From the NCBI GenBank assembly GCA_963665235.2, contig CAXXLX010000002.1, forward strand, positions 608,001 through 672,000: a stretch of 64,000 nt of DNA. Reading direction: 5' to 3'. How positions within the stretch are numbered: position 1 is the first letter of the stretch; every line of letters begins with the position of its first letter. Positions 19,591-30,121 of the stretch are shown here, in pieces. The translations under genes and the position numbers were made by a program. The notes beneath the pieces were generated by a model that had not been told where the DNA came from, did not search any database, and saw only the letters and a program-made list of their open reading frames with translations. This DNA is from Candidatus Poribacteria bacterium. Its GTDB lineage: Bacteria; Poribacteria; WGA-4E; WGA-3G.

Positions 19591-20967
19591 ATGGTCGGAT
19601 GGCGAATTCATGTTGCTATACTCTTCATTATTCAGTTTGTAGTCGTTTTTTGTGTTGATGCACAGGAGCAGCCCACAGAGGTTGAGCAGGAGCAGCCTGT
19701 TGTGCAAGCACAGCCCGCGGAGATTGACCTATCGCAACCGTTGACACTTGAACAGTGTATCCAGATAGGATTGGAGCAGGCGACAAGTATGCGGAATGCG
19801 CGGTTAAATTTTGCAATACAGGAGCTTCGTGTAAAAAATGCCCGGGCTGGTTATTTTCCGCGAATTTCTGCTAGTAGCAATTATAGATTTTCAGATGCGT
19901 TGGACTTCGGTTTTGAGCCTGAAAACTACGATTTGGGGTTGAGAGGCCAGTATACGCTGTGGGACAACGGTCAACGTGAGGTGAGGTTTGCACAAGCGAA
20001 GGAGAGTCTTAAGGCGACAACGAGTCGGAATGAAGATATTAAACAGGGCTTAATTCTTCAAATTACGCAAGCATACTACGATGTTCTTCAGTCGAAGGAG
20101 TTGGTGAACGTTGGCGAAGATATTTTGGCGCGTTCCCAAGAGAATACAGCGAAGACGGTAATCCTCGAGGAGGCGGGCATCCTAATTCCTGCGGATGTTG
20201 CAAGTGCTCGGCTCCGTGAAGGGAATGACCAATTGTCCCTGCTAAACAGTCAAAATGCGTTTCAGATAGCCGAAGTGACGTTGCCCCGGCTCCTCGGTTT
20301 AGACCCAGCGACGGTGCTTACGGTTGCAGTTGATGAGTCGTATCAGTTGTATCAGCAGCGCGGAACTATTGAGGCGATAGAGATGTCCGTTGAGGAGGCT
20401 ATTCAGATAGCCCTTGAAAACCGGTCGGAGTTTCAGGAGATTCAGTCGCAACTGAAACAGCAGGAATGGGAGCTGACGCTCGCAAAATTGCAGCGCTGGC
20501 CCCGGTTGAACGCAGACGTGAGTTACAACGTAAATCTGGATGATTACCTCCGGGAACGTCAAAATTTCTCGGATTTCCGAAGTTGGAGCGTTGGGGCATC
20601 ACTTGACTTTACGCTTTTTGATGGCGGGATTCTGGGAAACCGTGTCAAAGAGCTGAATATGCAACTTGAGCAGATTCGTGAGAATGCAAGCGATTTAGAA
20701 CGGACGGTCGCGCTAAGCGTTCGGCAAGCCTACCTGAGTCTCAAGCGGAGCGAAGCGGCGGTGGAGATTTCTAAGACACAAATTCTCAACGCACAAAAGA
20801 GTCTGGATGTAATTCAGGGACGGTTTGAGGTTGGCAAAGCGATTTTGCTCGAAGTCTTTGATGCCCAAACGGCTTATGCGCGCGCACTGACAAATCAGGT
20901 GAATACCTTTTATGACTACAAAATCGCACAAACCCGCTTACGGGACGCAATGGGAGTTTTAGAGTAG
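19591..20967 (+). CDS. TolC family outer membrane efflux protein
   Basis: Signal peptide; LTLEQCIQIGLE, two OEP repeats, AYYDVL, LEVFDAQ. Confidence 0.92.
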   Translation: MVGWRIHVAILFIIQFVVVFCVDAQEQPTEVEQEQPVVQAQPAEIDLSQPLTLEQCIQIGLEQATSMRNARLNFAIQELRVKNARAGYFPRISASSNYRFSDALDFGFEPENYDLGLRGQYTLWDNGQREVRFAQAKESLKATTSRNEDIKQGLILQITQAYYDVLQSKELVNVGEDILARSQENTAKTVILEEAGILIPADVASARLREGNDQLSLLNSQNAFQIAEVTLPRLLGLDPATVLTVAVDESYQLYQQRGTIEAIEMSVEEAIQIALENRSEFQEIQSQLKQQEWELTLAKLQRWPRLNADVSYNVNLDDYLRERQNFSDFRSWSVGASLDFTLFDGGILGNRVKELNMQLEQIRENASDLERTVALSVRQAYLSLKRSEAAVEISKTQILNAQKSLDVIQGRFEVGKAILLEVFDAQTAYARALTNQVNTFYDYKIAQTRLRDAMGVLE

Positions 20968-20969
20968 CC

Positions 20970-22928
20970 ATGAAAAAAAGGAAGAAGTGGATTATATTCG
21001 GGATAGTTGGGCTTGCCATCATCACTGTAATAGTGGGGGCTACCCGAATCAGCGGCGGATTGGGACAACAGAAGGGTGACAATGAGGTTAAACAGGAGGT
21101 TGTTCGACGTGGGGAATTCCGCGTGAAGGTACGTGAGTCTGGCAATCTCCGCTCATTTATTGAGGTGGATGTCCGGTCAAACGTTGAAGGGGAAATCAAA
21201 AAGATTTTCGTTGAAGAGGGGGATGTTGTCGAGGCAGGGCAGCCGCTCCTTCAAATTGACGATGAACAGGTTTTGGAGGAAAAGAAGCAGGCTGAAGCCA
21301 ATCGAGATGCCCGAGAGGCACAATTGAAACAGGCAGAACTCCGTATCCAGATTACGGAAAAACAGGAGCAGAGCAATCTGCTACAGGCTACAAACGCTGT
21401 TGCAAAGGCGGAGGCGAATTTGGAGTCGTTTGTTGCAAACAGGCAGCAACGTATCACGGAAGCGGAAACGTTTGTGGCGACAACGCAGAACTCGTTGAAT
21501 CAAGATAAAATCGGATTGAAGCAGGCTGAAATCGCGCTTGCACAAGCGAGACTTACCCTAGAACGCGCGAATGTCAATGTGCAATCCGCAAAAATTACGT
21601 TTGAGACCGCTGAAGCAGAATACAAAAGAAACAAGGAGTTATTTGATAAGGAATTGGTTTCAAAGCGAACGCTGGAGGAATCCCAAAAACAGCACATCCT
21701 GAGCACCTCCCAATATGAAACCGCGCAAAAAGAGGTGCAATCGCAAAAGGAGACGATTAAATCTCAAGAAGAGAATATCAAATCGATGCGGCAAGCGATT
21801 GAGAGCCGGGAGGCAACGCTTGCACTCCGAAAAAAGAATGTTGAAACGGTTAAAGAATCGCAAGAAGCGCAGCGGAAGCAGCTACAAGCAGATTTGGAGA
21901 ACGCCCGCACACGTCTCCAACAATTGCAAGAGACAACTGAGGAACAGAAACAGTTGACCCAGCATGCAAAGGTGGGTGCGAAAGCTAGCTTACTCCAAGC
22001 GGAAAGTCAACTGAAGTCTCAAGCGGAGCGGTATGAATGGACAACAGTCACCGCACCGATGTCTGGGACAATTACGCGTCTGATTGTGGAAGAGGGTGAG
22101 ATTATCACCTCCGGACGCTCCTCATTTTCACGCGGGGAGGCTATCATGCGAATTGCCGACCTTTCAAATATGATTGTCAAAACACAGATTAATCAGGTAG
22201 AAATCGGGAAAATAGAACTCGAGCAGCGTGCTGAAATCCGCGTGGATAGCTATCGAGGCCGCGTTTTTGAAGGAAAAGTGAGTGAGATTTCACCGAGTGC
22301 AACGCAACGTGGGCAGAATAGCGGAAATGCTGTGATTACCTTTGCTGTGGATATAGAGGTGGTTGGCTCACCCCCTGAACTTCTTCCTGGTATGTCTGCC
22401 GATGTGGATATCATCGTCTTTGAAGAGCCGGATATCCTGCAGCTTCCGATAGCTACTGTGCTCAGTCCTGAAGTTGTCACTGTCAAGGCACATTTAACCG
22501 CAGCGCAAGTCGGGCAATTCCAATCTGGACAAAAACTCAAAATTCGGAATCTCATCGGCAAAGAATTTAGTGGACAGGTCGGGCAGGTTTTATCTGATAA
22601 AACACGGAACAACCTCGAAATTTTGCTTGAGGGAACACAGAAAGGGTTGGAAACGGGCCCGACAGAAATTAGTATTGTTGTTGCTGAGGGAAATCAACTC
22701 ACCGGTATAGAAGCTGAAGTCAAGAGTGAACGTCAGCATTTTGTCAAATTGGATATAGGTGAACCCGCAAAGAAGGGGATGGAAAGAGGTACTAAAACAC
22801 ACATTAAGGTCGGCAAACGGAATAATACACACTTTGAAATCCTTAGCGGTTTAAAGGAAGGGGACCGCGTCTTCGTCCCGTCTATGATGGAATTAACGAA
22901 GGGGTCGAGGAATAAAGATGACAGATAG
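20970..22928 (+). CDS. Efflux periplasmic adaptor (MacA/HlyD-like) with long coiled coil
   Basis: N-terminal TM, lipoyl halves ([13 protein letters not shown]; APMSGTI), PGMSADVDI. Confidence 0.9.
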   Translation: MKKRKKWIIFGIVGLAIITVIVGATRISGGLGQQKGDNEVKQEVVRRGEFRVKVRESGNLRSFIEVDVRSNVEGEIKKIFVEEGDVVEAGQPLLQIDDEQVLEEKKQAEANRDAREAQLKQAELRIQITEKQEQSNLLQATNAVAKAEANLESFVANRQQRITEAETFVATTQNSLNQDKIGLKQAEIALAQARLTLERANVNVQSAKITFETAEAEYKRNKELFDKELVSKRTLEESQKQHILSTSQYETAQKEVQSQKETIKSQEENIKSMRQAIESREATLALRKKNVETVKESQEAQRKQLQADLENARTRLQQLQETTEEQKQLTQHAKVGAKASLLQAESQLKSQAERYEWTTVTAPMSGTITRLIVEEGEIITSGRSSFSRGEAIMRIADLSNMIVKTQINQVEIGKIELEQRAEIRVDSYRGRVFEGKVSEISPSATQRGQNSGNAVITFAVDIEVVGSPPELLPGMSADVDIIVFEEPDILQLPIATVLSPEVVTVKAHLTAAQVGQFQSGQKLKIRNLIGKEFSGQVGQVLSDKTRNNLEILLEGTQKGLETGPTEISIVVAEGNQLTGIEAEVKSERQHFVKLDIGEPAKKGMERGTKTHIKVGKRNNTHFEILSGLKEGDRVFVPSMMELTKGSRNKDDR

Positions 22929-22960
22929 TCAGCGGGTTCAATCTACACGGAGAAAATATT

Positions 22961-23641
22961 ATGTTAATTGATGTCAAAGACCTGACGAAGATTTACCAAA
23001 TGGGGGATGTCCAGGTCCACGCTTTGCGGGGTGTGACCTTTTCTGTTGTATCGGGAGAGTTTATCGCCATTATGGGCCCCTCCGGTTCAGGCAAATCAAC
23101 TGTGATGGATATTTTGGGGTGTCTCTCAACGCCGACATCGGGTGAGTATTACCTTGAAGGTGAGGAGGTTGGCAAACTTTCGGATAACCGCCTTGCAGAT
23201 ATTCGGAATAAGAAGATTGGGTTTGTGTTTCAGTCGTTCAACCTTTTGCCGCGGACCAGCGCACTTCATAACGTTGAGCTGCCGCTCATCTACTCCGGGC
23301 TGGGCAGAAAAGAGCGGAAACGGAAGGCTTTTGAAGCGCTGGACGCGGTCGGCTTAGCCGACCGGGTTGACCACAAGTCGACGGAGTTGTCTGGCGGACA
23401 GATTCAACGAGTTGCTATCGCTCGTGCATTGGTGAACAATCCCTCGATGATTTTCGCTGATGAACCGACCGGGAATTTAGATACCCGCTCCGGTGCTGAA
23501 ATCTTGGCAATCTTCGATCGGCTTAATGAGGAAGGCAACACTATTATTATGGTTACACATGAACCCGAGGTTGCGGAACATGCCGAACGGGTGCTGCACA
23601 TTCGGGATGGACTCATTGAGCGAGATGAAAGGCGGACCTGA
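22961..23641 (+). CDS. ABC transporter ATP-binding protein (MacB/LolD-like)
   Basis: [25 protein letters not shown]. Confidence 0.95.
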   Translation: MLIDVKDLTKIYQMGDVQVHALRGVTFSVVSGEFIAIMGPSGSGKSTVMDILGCLSTPTSGEYYLEGEEVGKLSDNRLADIRNKKIGFVFQSFNLLPRTSALHNVELPLIYSGLGRKERKRKAFEALDAVGLADRVDHKSTELSGGQIQRVAIARALVNNPSMIFADEPTGNLDTRSGAEILAIFDRLNEEGNTIIMVTHEPEVAEHAERVLHIRDGLIERDERRT

Positions 23642-24629
23642 ACGAGATAAATATCCTATCAGCATTACGACACCCGCGCGTCTTCACTTTTCGCTGCTTG
23701 ATTTGAACGGGGGTTTAGGACGAATTGATGGCGGGTTCGGTTTAGCTATCACGGAACCGCATTTCCGTATCATCGCGGCACCTGCGGCAGACATCTCTGT
23801 TGAATCTACAGGGTATACTGAGCGTGCGCGTGCTGTTGTCGAGCGGCTTCAAACACGCTATCCATTTCCGGGCATTCACCTCAAATTCACCGATGAAATT
23901 CCTACGCATAGCGGGTTTGGTTCAGGGACGCAACTCTCCCTTGGCATCGCTTCTGCTGTAAACGTCCTTTACAATCTAAACTTAAGTGTTTTGGAACTTG
24001 CGAGTATAGTCGGGCGTGGTGGTACTTCTGGTATCGGGGTTGCTGCGTTTGATAGTGGTGGTTTCATCGTAGATGGTGGGCATCGGTATCCTGAAGAGAA
24101 ATCGTCTTTCCTTCCGTCCGCTGCTGTTGCGGATATTCCCCCCCCGCCTATTTTACTGCGTTACGATTTTCCTGCCTGGCCGCTGCTGATTGCTCTGCCG
24201 AATTGTTCAAAGATTTACGGTGAGGCGGAATTAGAGTTGTTTCGGACGCTTTGTCCGCAACCTGCCTCTGTCGCGCCCGCCCTTTCCCATCTTCTTCTAC
24301 TCCAGATATTACCTGCCCTTCTTGAAAACGATATGCCACGCTTCGGCGATGCACTAAATCGGATCCAAACTTTTGGGTGGAAAAAGGTGGAGATTGATGC
24401 CCAAGGGGTAGAATTACGGCAAACGCTTGAGTTCTTACAGCACAACGGGGCATTCGGGGCAGGTGTTAGCAGTTGGGGGCCAGCGATTTGCGCGGTGAGT
24501 GAGGATATAGAGGCGTTGAAACGGAAAACAGAACGTTTTCTTAAGACGCTCCCGAACGGGGGGCACTGTTTTATTACCTACGCAAACAACGTTGGGACAG
24601 AAATTATAGTAAAATCTAGTGGTATGTGA
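23625..24629 (+). CDS. mptG: Beta-ribofuranosylaminobenzene 5'-phosphate (RFAP) synthase, GHMP family
   Basis: [57 protein letters not shown]. Confidence 0.88.
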   Translation: MKGGPERDKYPISITTPARLHFSLLDLNGGLGRIDGGFGLAITEPHFRIIAAPAADISVESTGYTERARAVVERLQTRYPFPGIHLKFTDEIPTHSGFGSGTQLSLGIASAVNVLYNLNLSVLELASIVGRGGTSGIGVAAFDSGGFIVDGGHRYPEEKSSFLPSAAVADIPPPPILLRYDFPAWPLLIALPNCSKIYGEAELELFRTLCPQPASVAPALSHLLLLQILPALLENDMPRFGDALNRIQTFGWKKVEIDAQGVELRQTLEFLQHNGAFGAGVSSWGPAICAVSEDIEALKRKTERFLKTLPNGGHCFITYANNVGTEIIVKSSGM

Positions 24630-24735
24630 ATGCAACGATGGTAAGGCGGTATGGGAGGTTAAACACCTACACGGGTTGTGATTAAGAACGTTGCGTTTTT
24701 TTTTTGCCTGAGCCGCGGATTATAGGTGAGATGTT

Positions 24736-24764
24736 TGTAGGCGCGCTTACAAAGCACGCCTACA
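24736..24764. repeat. GTAG-type REP hairpin / possible bidirectional terminator
   Basis: TGTAGGCGCGCTT-ACA-AAGCACGCCTACA between convergent genes. Confidence 0.6.
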
Positions 24765-24779
24765 AGAAGGAAGACTCAC

Positions 24780-25350
24780 CTACTCGCTACCAACTGAGGC
24801 GGGAGAGTCAGGAGCCGTACCAAGAACCGTATTGAAGCGGTAAGTTGCTGAAATATTGGCACGGATGAGGTTTTCTGAATATTCCTGTCCTTCGTCATTG
24901 GCCTGCGTCCATGTCTCGTAGAGTGCCGAAACATCCCAGGAGAAATTTTTGTCTCCGTTGGAACCGATTCCAACAGTGAGCCCGAGCAGACTCACAGGCG
25001 TAGTGTCGCCGTCATCTACAAACGGGATTACGTCACGAAAAGCTCCGAAGCGCAGTGGGAAACCTGCTCCTAAATACTCCGCGCCAACGGAAACATTAAA
25101 ACCGTCGTCAATAAGTGAGAGTCCACTACGGTCGCCGCGCCATTGAAGGTCAGAGTATGAACGTGATTGGAGTTCTAAGGCGACAATGAATTCAGGCGAG
25201 AGCTTATATTCTACACCGAGCCCCCACATAGCAGGTATTGTTAACTCCCGATTTACCTGTTCTCTATCTGTGTCAAGCTCACCATCATAGTAGGTTTTCG
25301 TGATTACTTCCCCGAATTCCCAGTCAAATTCTGGGCGGTACATCAACCCA
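24780..25350 (-). pseudogene. 3' fragment of a FadL/OmpP1-like outer-membrane beta-barrel gene
   Basis: TIPAMWGLGVEY, VSVGAEY, PLRFG, ISATYRF beta-strand pattern; no signal peptide or N-terminal half. Confidence 0.6.
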
Positions 25351-25680
25351 ATACGGGGGGCGGCGGATTGAGCGTTAGCATAGCGTGTTGAATATCTCCT
25401 ATATGCAGTGTAATGGTACATTTATGCGGGATATAGTGAGGTGTATCGTCTGTCCTTGAAAGGTTTGCGAATTTGGGGTTCAGGACAAAATAGGTGTTTT
25501 CTTTGCTGTATCCCACATTTGAGATAAGTCCCTCTGGAATTTCCAGACGGGTGCCCAAGACTATGACTGTAATAACTTTGCAGTTGTTTTGGGTATCGGT
25601 TTCACGCGCTACTTTATCTATACAAACCCCATAGTAGTAAATGCCGGGGGTATCAGGAAAACGAAGATTCCTCAGTACTC
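25343..25680 (-). pseudogene. Fragment of a CARDB-domain surface protein
   Basis: Frame reads FPDTPGIYYYGVCIDKVARETDTQNNCKVITVIVLG; stop codon immediately upstream and no proper start. Confidence 0.55.
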
Positions 25681-25757
25681 TCTATAAAGGGGGACCTAGC
25701 GGGCAAGGGGCCCTCGCTCAGAGGAGCGGGTTGTTTGCCCGAATATTGCTCGTCTTG

Positions 25758-26159
25758 CTAAATTTGCGTAAGTCCTGTAAGCTTGAGAATCCAAATAAAC
25801 AAGCAAAACACAATTCCGAAAATAAAGATCAAATTTTGAATTTTTAAGGCATAACCCATCCAGGCCTTTTTTAACTGCGAAGGAAAGAGTGCTACTCCGA
25901 TAGCAAGTCCTACAACTAAAAACGAAAACGGATGATAACGCCAGGCTTCAGTGAAATGCCCGTGTGTTAGCGCAAGACATGCCCGTGTCATGCCACAGCC
26001 AGGACACGGAATATTTGTCACCGAACGAAATAAGCATGGAATCAGGGTTACTTCATCCGGTGACTTTCCCGATACGGCTGTGTAGAGGCCTATCACGCCT
26101 AACCCGATAAGGAACGCGCGGGCAAGAAAAGTGTCATTCACCACCAGAGTATTCATCAT
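25758..26159 (-). CDS. DUF2752 family membrane protein
   Basis: CLFRSVTNIPCPGCGMTRA...GHFTEAWRYHP; start overlaps the upstream stop (exact start uncertain). Confidence 0.88.
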   Translation of the reverse strand: MMNTLVVNDTFLARAFLIGLGVIGLYTAVSGKSPDEVTLIPCLFRSVTNIPCPGCGMTRACLALTHGHFTEAWRYHPFSFLVVGLAIGVALFPSQLKKAWMGYALKIQNLIFIFGIVFCLFIWILKLTGLTQI

Positions 26160-27369
26160 AGAGTTTGTTGATCTGGCTCTGCATGATTGCATACGCACCA
26201 ATACCAAAGGTGAAGAAAAGGGACAACATATAAACAACCGGAAAACTGGAAGTGACGTACATACCATACTTATCCCTTATCTCATTGATACTGCATGCCA
26301 TCTGATACTCTGTATATATAGTGTAGATACCGCAGGTAAGAAAACCAAGCCCGACAGTTCTCCAAAAAGAGAAATTCTCTCTTCCTAACCAACCGTTGAG
26401 TATTGACATCTGTTTCGATGTCCAAAAAATACCGTAGATAAAACACGTAATTAAAGTGAAAAAAACGCGGCTTCTGATACCAAGCCTGCCTTTGGATTCC
26501 GGATAGGGATAACCGTTGGTATGAGTTTCAAGATTCTGTTCAGCGATAATCTCCGGTGAGCGTTGATCGATATTCGGTGTTGGTGTTCCTTCTGAAGGTG
26601 TGTCTGTTGCGTCCGTCTCATGTGCCGTGGTTGCGGTTGCGGTTGTTGGTTCTGGTGAGCGTTGATCGATATTCGGTGTTGGTGTTCCTTCTGAAGGTGT
26701 GTCTGCCGAGGTTGCCTGATGTGCCGTGGTGGTAGTTGCGGTTGTCGGTTCTGGTGAGCGTTGATCGATATTTGGTGTTGGTCTTTCTTCTGAAGGTGTG
26801 TCTGATGAGACTGTCTGCAGGGACCGTGGTGGCAGTTGCGGCTCTTGATAGCGTCGGTCAATCTGCTTGATATTCGTTGAAATATCCGCTATGACATAGG
26901 AAAATTGTAGGATCCCTGCCCCCAGTAAATGAAAGAGAAAAGACAAAGCAAGCAAAACGAGTACGATCCATCCAAGCGTCAGGGCACCGAAAATTGAGCA
27001 GACCAAGAATAGAATCGCGCCTCCACTAAATCCGATAAAGGCGACTTCGCCTAAAAGGCGCGTGAGATGCGATTCTTCACCAAGTGAGGCGATTTTTTTT
27101 GCTCTGTCCCAAAACAGCATAGCCATGGTTATACCAACGATACCGATGATGGCAAGACCGAAGAATGTTCCAATGATGGTAAACGCCTGTGTGACAATGC
27201 CTGAACGTCTTATAAATGTCAGCACAAGTGTGAGGATCGCAATGCCCAACACGAAGGTAGTAACCAAAGTAAAGACTCCCGAGATTTTGACAGACAATGC
27301 TGCCCATTTTCGGAATTGATGCCCGGACTCCAATGAATCAATCCATTCAACAATGCGACTTAAAAACAT
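26134..27369 (-). CDS. Multi-TM protein + Pro/Thr repeat linker + DUF4234-like C-terminal membrane domain
   Basis: Start MFLSRIVEW after AGGAG; LITCFIYGIFW and FLTCGIYTIY motifs, AIMQSQINKL ending. Confidence 0.8.
   Translation of the reverse strand: MFLSRIVEWIDSLESGHQFRKWAALSVKISGVFTLVTTFVLGIAILTLVLTFIRRSGIVTQAFTIIGTFFGLAIIGIVGITMAMLFWDRAKKIASLGEESHLTRLLGEVAFIGFSGGAILFLVCSIFGALTLGWIVLVLLALSFLFHLLGAGILQFSYVIADISTNIKQIDRRYQEPQLPPRSLQTVSSDTPSEERPTPNIDQRSPEPTTATTTTAHQATSADTPSEGTPTPNIDQRSPEPTTATATTAHETDATDTPSEGTPTPNIDQRSPEIIAEQNLETHTNGYPYPESKGRLGIRSRVFFTLITCFIYGIFWTSKQMSILNGWLGRENFSFWRTVGLGFLTCGIYTIYTEYQMACSINEIRDKYGMYVTSSFPVVYMLSLFFTFGIGAYAIMQSQINKLYDEYSGGE
26555..26805 (-). repeat. Intragenic 102-nt (34 aa) tandem repeat, about 2.5 copies
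   Basis: DTPSE.(R/T)PTPNIDQRSPE three times. Confidence 0.9.
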
Positions 27370-27689
27370 GATAATGCATCTCCTGTGAATTTTGAAAATT
27401 TGGCGGAAACCTGTCGTCTGTTCAACCCTGATGGACTTGCACAGATTTCGCACTATTTTAGGTGTGAAAGGTTATCGTTATGACTCATCCATAGTGAAGT
27501 GCCAACGTTAATTCAGACCAAAAATTAGCAAAGTTAAGATGAGTATTTTCGTTCAATTCGATAGCTGTCAAATAGTTTCCTAACGCTGAGTAAGGACATT
27601 TTTGGTGATACACTTGTGTGATAAAATGCCTGCCCCTCCAAATGTCATAAGCACTTTCGGTATTGCTTCTGTATGCATCTAATATAGTT

Positions 27690-27706
27690 AGCAAGTTTTA
27701 TGCCAA
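27690..27706 (-). promoter_or_regulatory. Sigma54 (-24/-12) promoter facing the DUF4234/DUF2752 genes
   Basis: Minus strand TTGGCATAAAACTTGCT matches TGGCAY-N5-TTGCW. Confidence 0.8.
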
Positions 27707-27745
27707 ACAAATTCGGGCAATTACGAGTGAAAAAACCACGATTCC

Positions 27746-27802
27746 GACATAAGTTATGTCCAAACCTACATCCGTTATGTCCAAACCTACATCCGTTATG
27801 TA
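27746..27802. promoter_or_regulatory. Three palindromic sites at 21-bp period, likely enhancer (UAS) sites
   Basis: GACATAAGTTATGTC (perfect palindrome), TACATCCGTTATGTC, TACATCCGTTATGTA. Confidence 0.65.
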
Positions 27803-27994
27803 ATGGTGCAGTTTGTGCAGCCATATATTGAACCGCGTCAAAAAATAACAAGTGCTTTTTTACTATCCTTTTTAGGAGTAGATGTTTCTATATCTATAAA
27901 GGCGGGGTGAGAGATTCTATTTCATGTAAACTTTTTTCAGGTCATTCGTTTAATTCGTTAACTAGTGCTATAGTCAACAAACAGAGGAGGAAAA

Positions 27995-30055
27995 ATGCAA
28001 AAAGAGGTATTGATAATTGATGATGCTCAAAGTTCATCTGAATTGGAACGTTTCTTAATAAATAGGGATTTTTCTGTTAGCGTCGTTAATGCCGTTGGCA
28101 ACGGCTTGCGAAATATTAATGAACCTGAGAATCTGAAAGTTGTCTTGCTCAATGTGGAATCATCAGCGACAAATGGTTGGGAGGTGCTGGCGCGAATTAA
28201 GCGCGAACATATAGGGGTAATTGTAATTGTGATTGGGGCTGGTGTACAAACAGTGAGAAGGGCAACGGCTCTGGGGGCATGGGATGTTCTGCCGACAGAC
28301 GCTGGGACGGAACGTATCCTTGAAGTGCTTGATGAGGTGTTCGTCCGACTATCTATCCGAAGCGAAGTATCCCCGATGCCTGAGGTAGAAATATCTGAGG
28401 ACCAGTATGTTCTCGTTGGCGATAGTGAACCCATGTTTGAACTAAACAGAGAAATTGGACTTGTAGCGAGGAATAGAGTTTCAGTACTGCTTGAAGGTGA
28501 AACAGGCACCGGGAAGGGATTGATTGCGCGCTTGATTCACAAAGAAAGTGAACGTGCCGAGGCGCGGTTTATCACAGTTGATTGTGGCGCGGTCGCTAAT
28601 GAGCTTCGTGAAAGTGAACTGCTCGGTTATGAAAGCGGTGCCTTCACAGGGGCAAGATCTGAAGGTAGGCCTGGGCAATTTGAGTTGGCTGATGGGGGCA
28701 CCCTTCTTCTAGATGAGGTCGGCAATATGACACCGGCACTACAAGAGACACTCCTCAATGTGCTGCAAGAAGGCGAGGTACAACGGGTGGGCGGAACCGA
28801 GACACATAGTGTGGACGTGCGTGTTCTCAGCGCGACCCATCAGAATTTGTGGGAAATGGTTACACAAGGGCAATTCCGAGCGGATTTGTACTATCGTCTC
28901 CGCGGTTCTAAAATTTCCGTGCCGCCGTTGCGAGAACGGATAGAGGATATTCCCTTACTCGTTGAGTATTTTCTACAGCGTATTGAACAAGAAAGTGATA
29001 GGCGAATGCATGGAGCTTCTGAAGAAGTGATAGAATTGTTCCAAAGATATGATTGGCCTGGCAACGTTCGAGAATTGGAACAATGCCTCAGAAGCGCGGC
29101 AGCTGCGTCCCAAGGCGAGGTAATTTTGCCGGACGACCTCCTAGCAGAAAACATCCAGAGATATAGGGACGATGAAGATTCTGGCGGAGACATGTCGGAC
29201 ATACAAACTTCGGAAACGCTTGTCGAACCGACACCTAGGAACTTGTTTGATTTGCCAGTCGCAGTGTTCTGTCAGTTTATCTCCGATGCAGCAGAAGAGG
29301 ATGTCACTGACGACCAAATCACCAGATGGTGGATGAAGTTCTCTAATTACGCGCGGGAGCGTGCCGTTAGAGCCAAACGCAAAATTAATGATTGGAGAGT
29401 CGAATGGAACACACAATCGTTTGATCTTCCTAATCTATTGGAACGTATTAAGGCAGTAATTGACGACGCTGTTTCTCAATTGTCAAATCTTCGACAGAGA
29501 ATGGAGCCTGAACCTATAGAGGAAGCTGATTTGGTCAGTATAGTAGGGAAAACCCTCAAAGGGAGCCTTACAGCGGTTCTGCCTGAGATTGTAAAGGAAC
29601 ATGGTGGGGACAAAGAGAGTGTCGCGAAGGAATTGGATATTTCTCTTGAGAGACTTGAGAGGTGGTTGTCATATCGAGGAAATGAAAATGACACGAACGA
29701 TTCACTTCAGACATCTATAGAGCCTTTGCGCCAGCGCGAACGGTTGACTTATGAGGAAACCAAAAAACTTCTTATCGAACCAACCCTCGTCTTTATTTTG
29801 GAGAATTTCGCACATATTCGATGGCGGGACAAAAATATGAATAGTCAGATGCGGACTGTCCATCTTGATTTGAGAGTGCTATCTAAACGTTTGGTTGGAG
29901 AGCACGGTTACATCTATTTTGGCGGCATGACGTTTTCGCAAATTGAAGAAAGTATTTATCGCCGGGCGCGACACCTATACGCAAACCTTACTGAAGCCGC
30001 TGAGGCACTAAACGTAGATCCGAGAACGATTCGGAGGTTTTGGACTGAAGATTGA
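27995..30055 (+). CDS. Sigma54-dependent enhancer-binding protein (NtrC-like) with pseudo-receiver and extended C-terminus
   Basis: GETGTGK, GAFTGA, LLLDEV, FRADLYYRL, WPGNVREL; receiver has VLLN in place of the phospho-Asp; two Fis-like HTH motifs. Confidence 0.92.
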   Translation: MQKEVLIIDDAQSSSELERFLINRDFSVSVVNAVGNGLRNINEPENLKVVLLNVESSATNGWEVLARIKREHIGVIVIVIGAGVQTVRRATALGAWDVLPTDAGTERILEVLDEVFVRLSIRSEVSPMPEVEISEDQYVLVGDSEPMFELNREIGLVARNRVSVLLEGETGTGKGLIARLIHKESERAEARFITVDCGAVANELRESELLGYESGAFTGARSEGRPGQFELADGGTLLLDEVGNMTPALQETLLNVLQEGEVQRVGGTETHSVDVRVLSATHQNLWEMVTQGQFRADLYYRLRGSKISVPPLRERIEDIPLLVEYFLQRIEQESDRRMHGASEEVIELFQRYDWPGNVRELEQCLRSAAAASQGEVILPDDLLAENIQRYRDDEDSGGDMSDIQTSETLVEPTPRNLFDLPVAVFCQFISDAAEEDVTDDQITRWWMKFSNYARERAVRAKRKINDWRVEWNTQSFDLPNLLERIKAVIDDAVSQLSNLRQRMEPEPIEEADLVSIVGKTLKGSLTAVLPEIVKEHGGDKESVAKELDISLERLERWLSYRGNENDTNDSLQTSIEPLRQRERLTYEETKKLLIEPTLVFILENFAHIRWRDKNMNSQMRTVHLDLRVLSKRLVGEHGYIYFGGMTFSQIEESIYRRARHLYANLTEAAEALNVDPRTIRRFWTED

Positions 30056-30121
30056 AATATTCCAGCATCGTTCCATGCTTTTACCTACTCGCTACCAAGA
30101 ATGCCGTGCCAATGCCAATTT

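Noticed and set aside
27746-27802. 21-bp tandem repeats as plasmid iterons or a mini-CRISPR
   Set aside because: No rep gene or spacers; palindromic and positioned between a sigma54 promoter and a bEBP
30096-30112. TTGGCACG as a second sigma54 promoter (also TTGGCAC at ~27500)
   Set aside because: No TTGC at the -12 position
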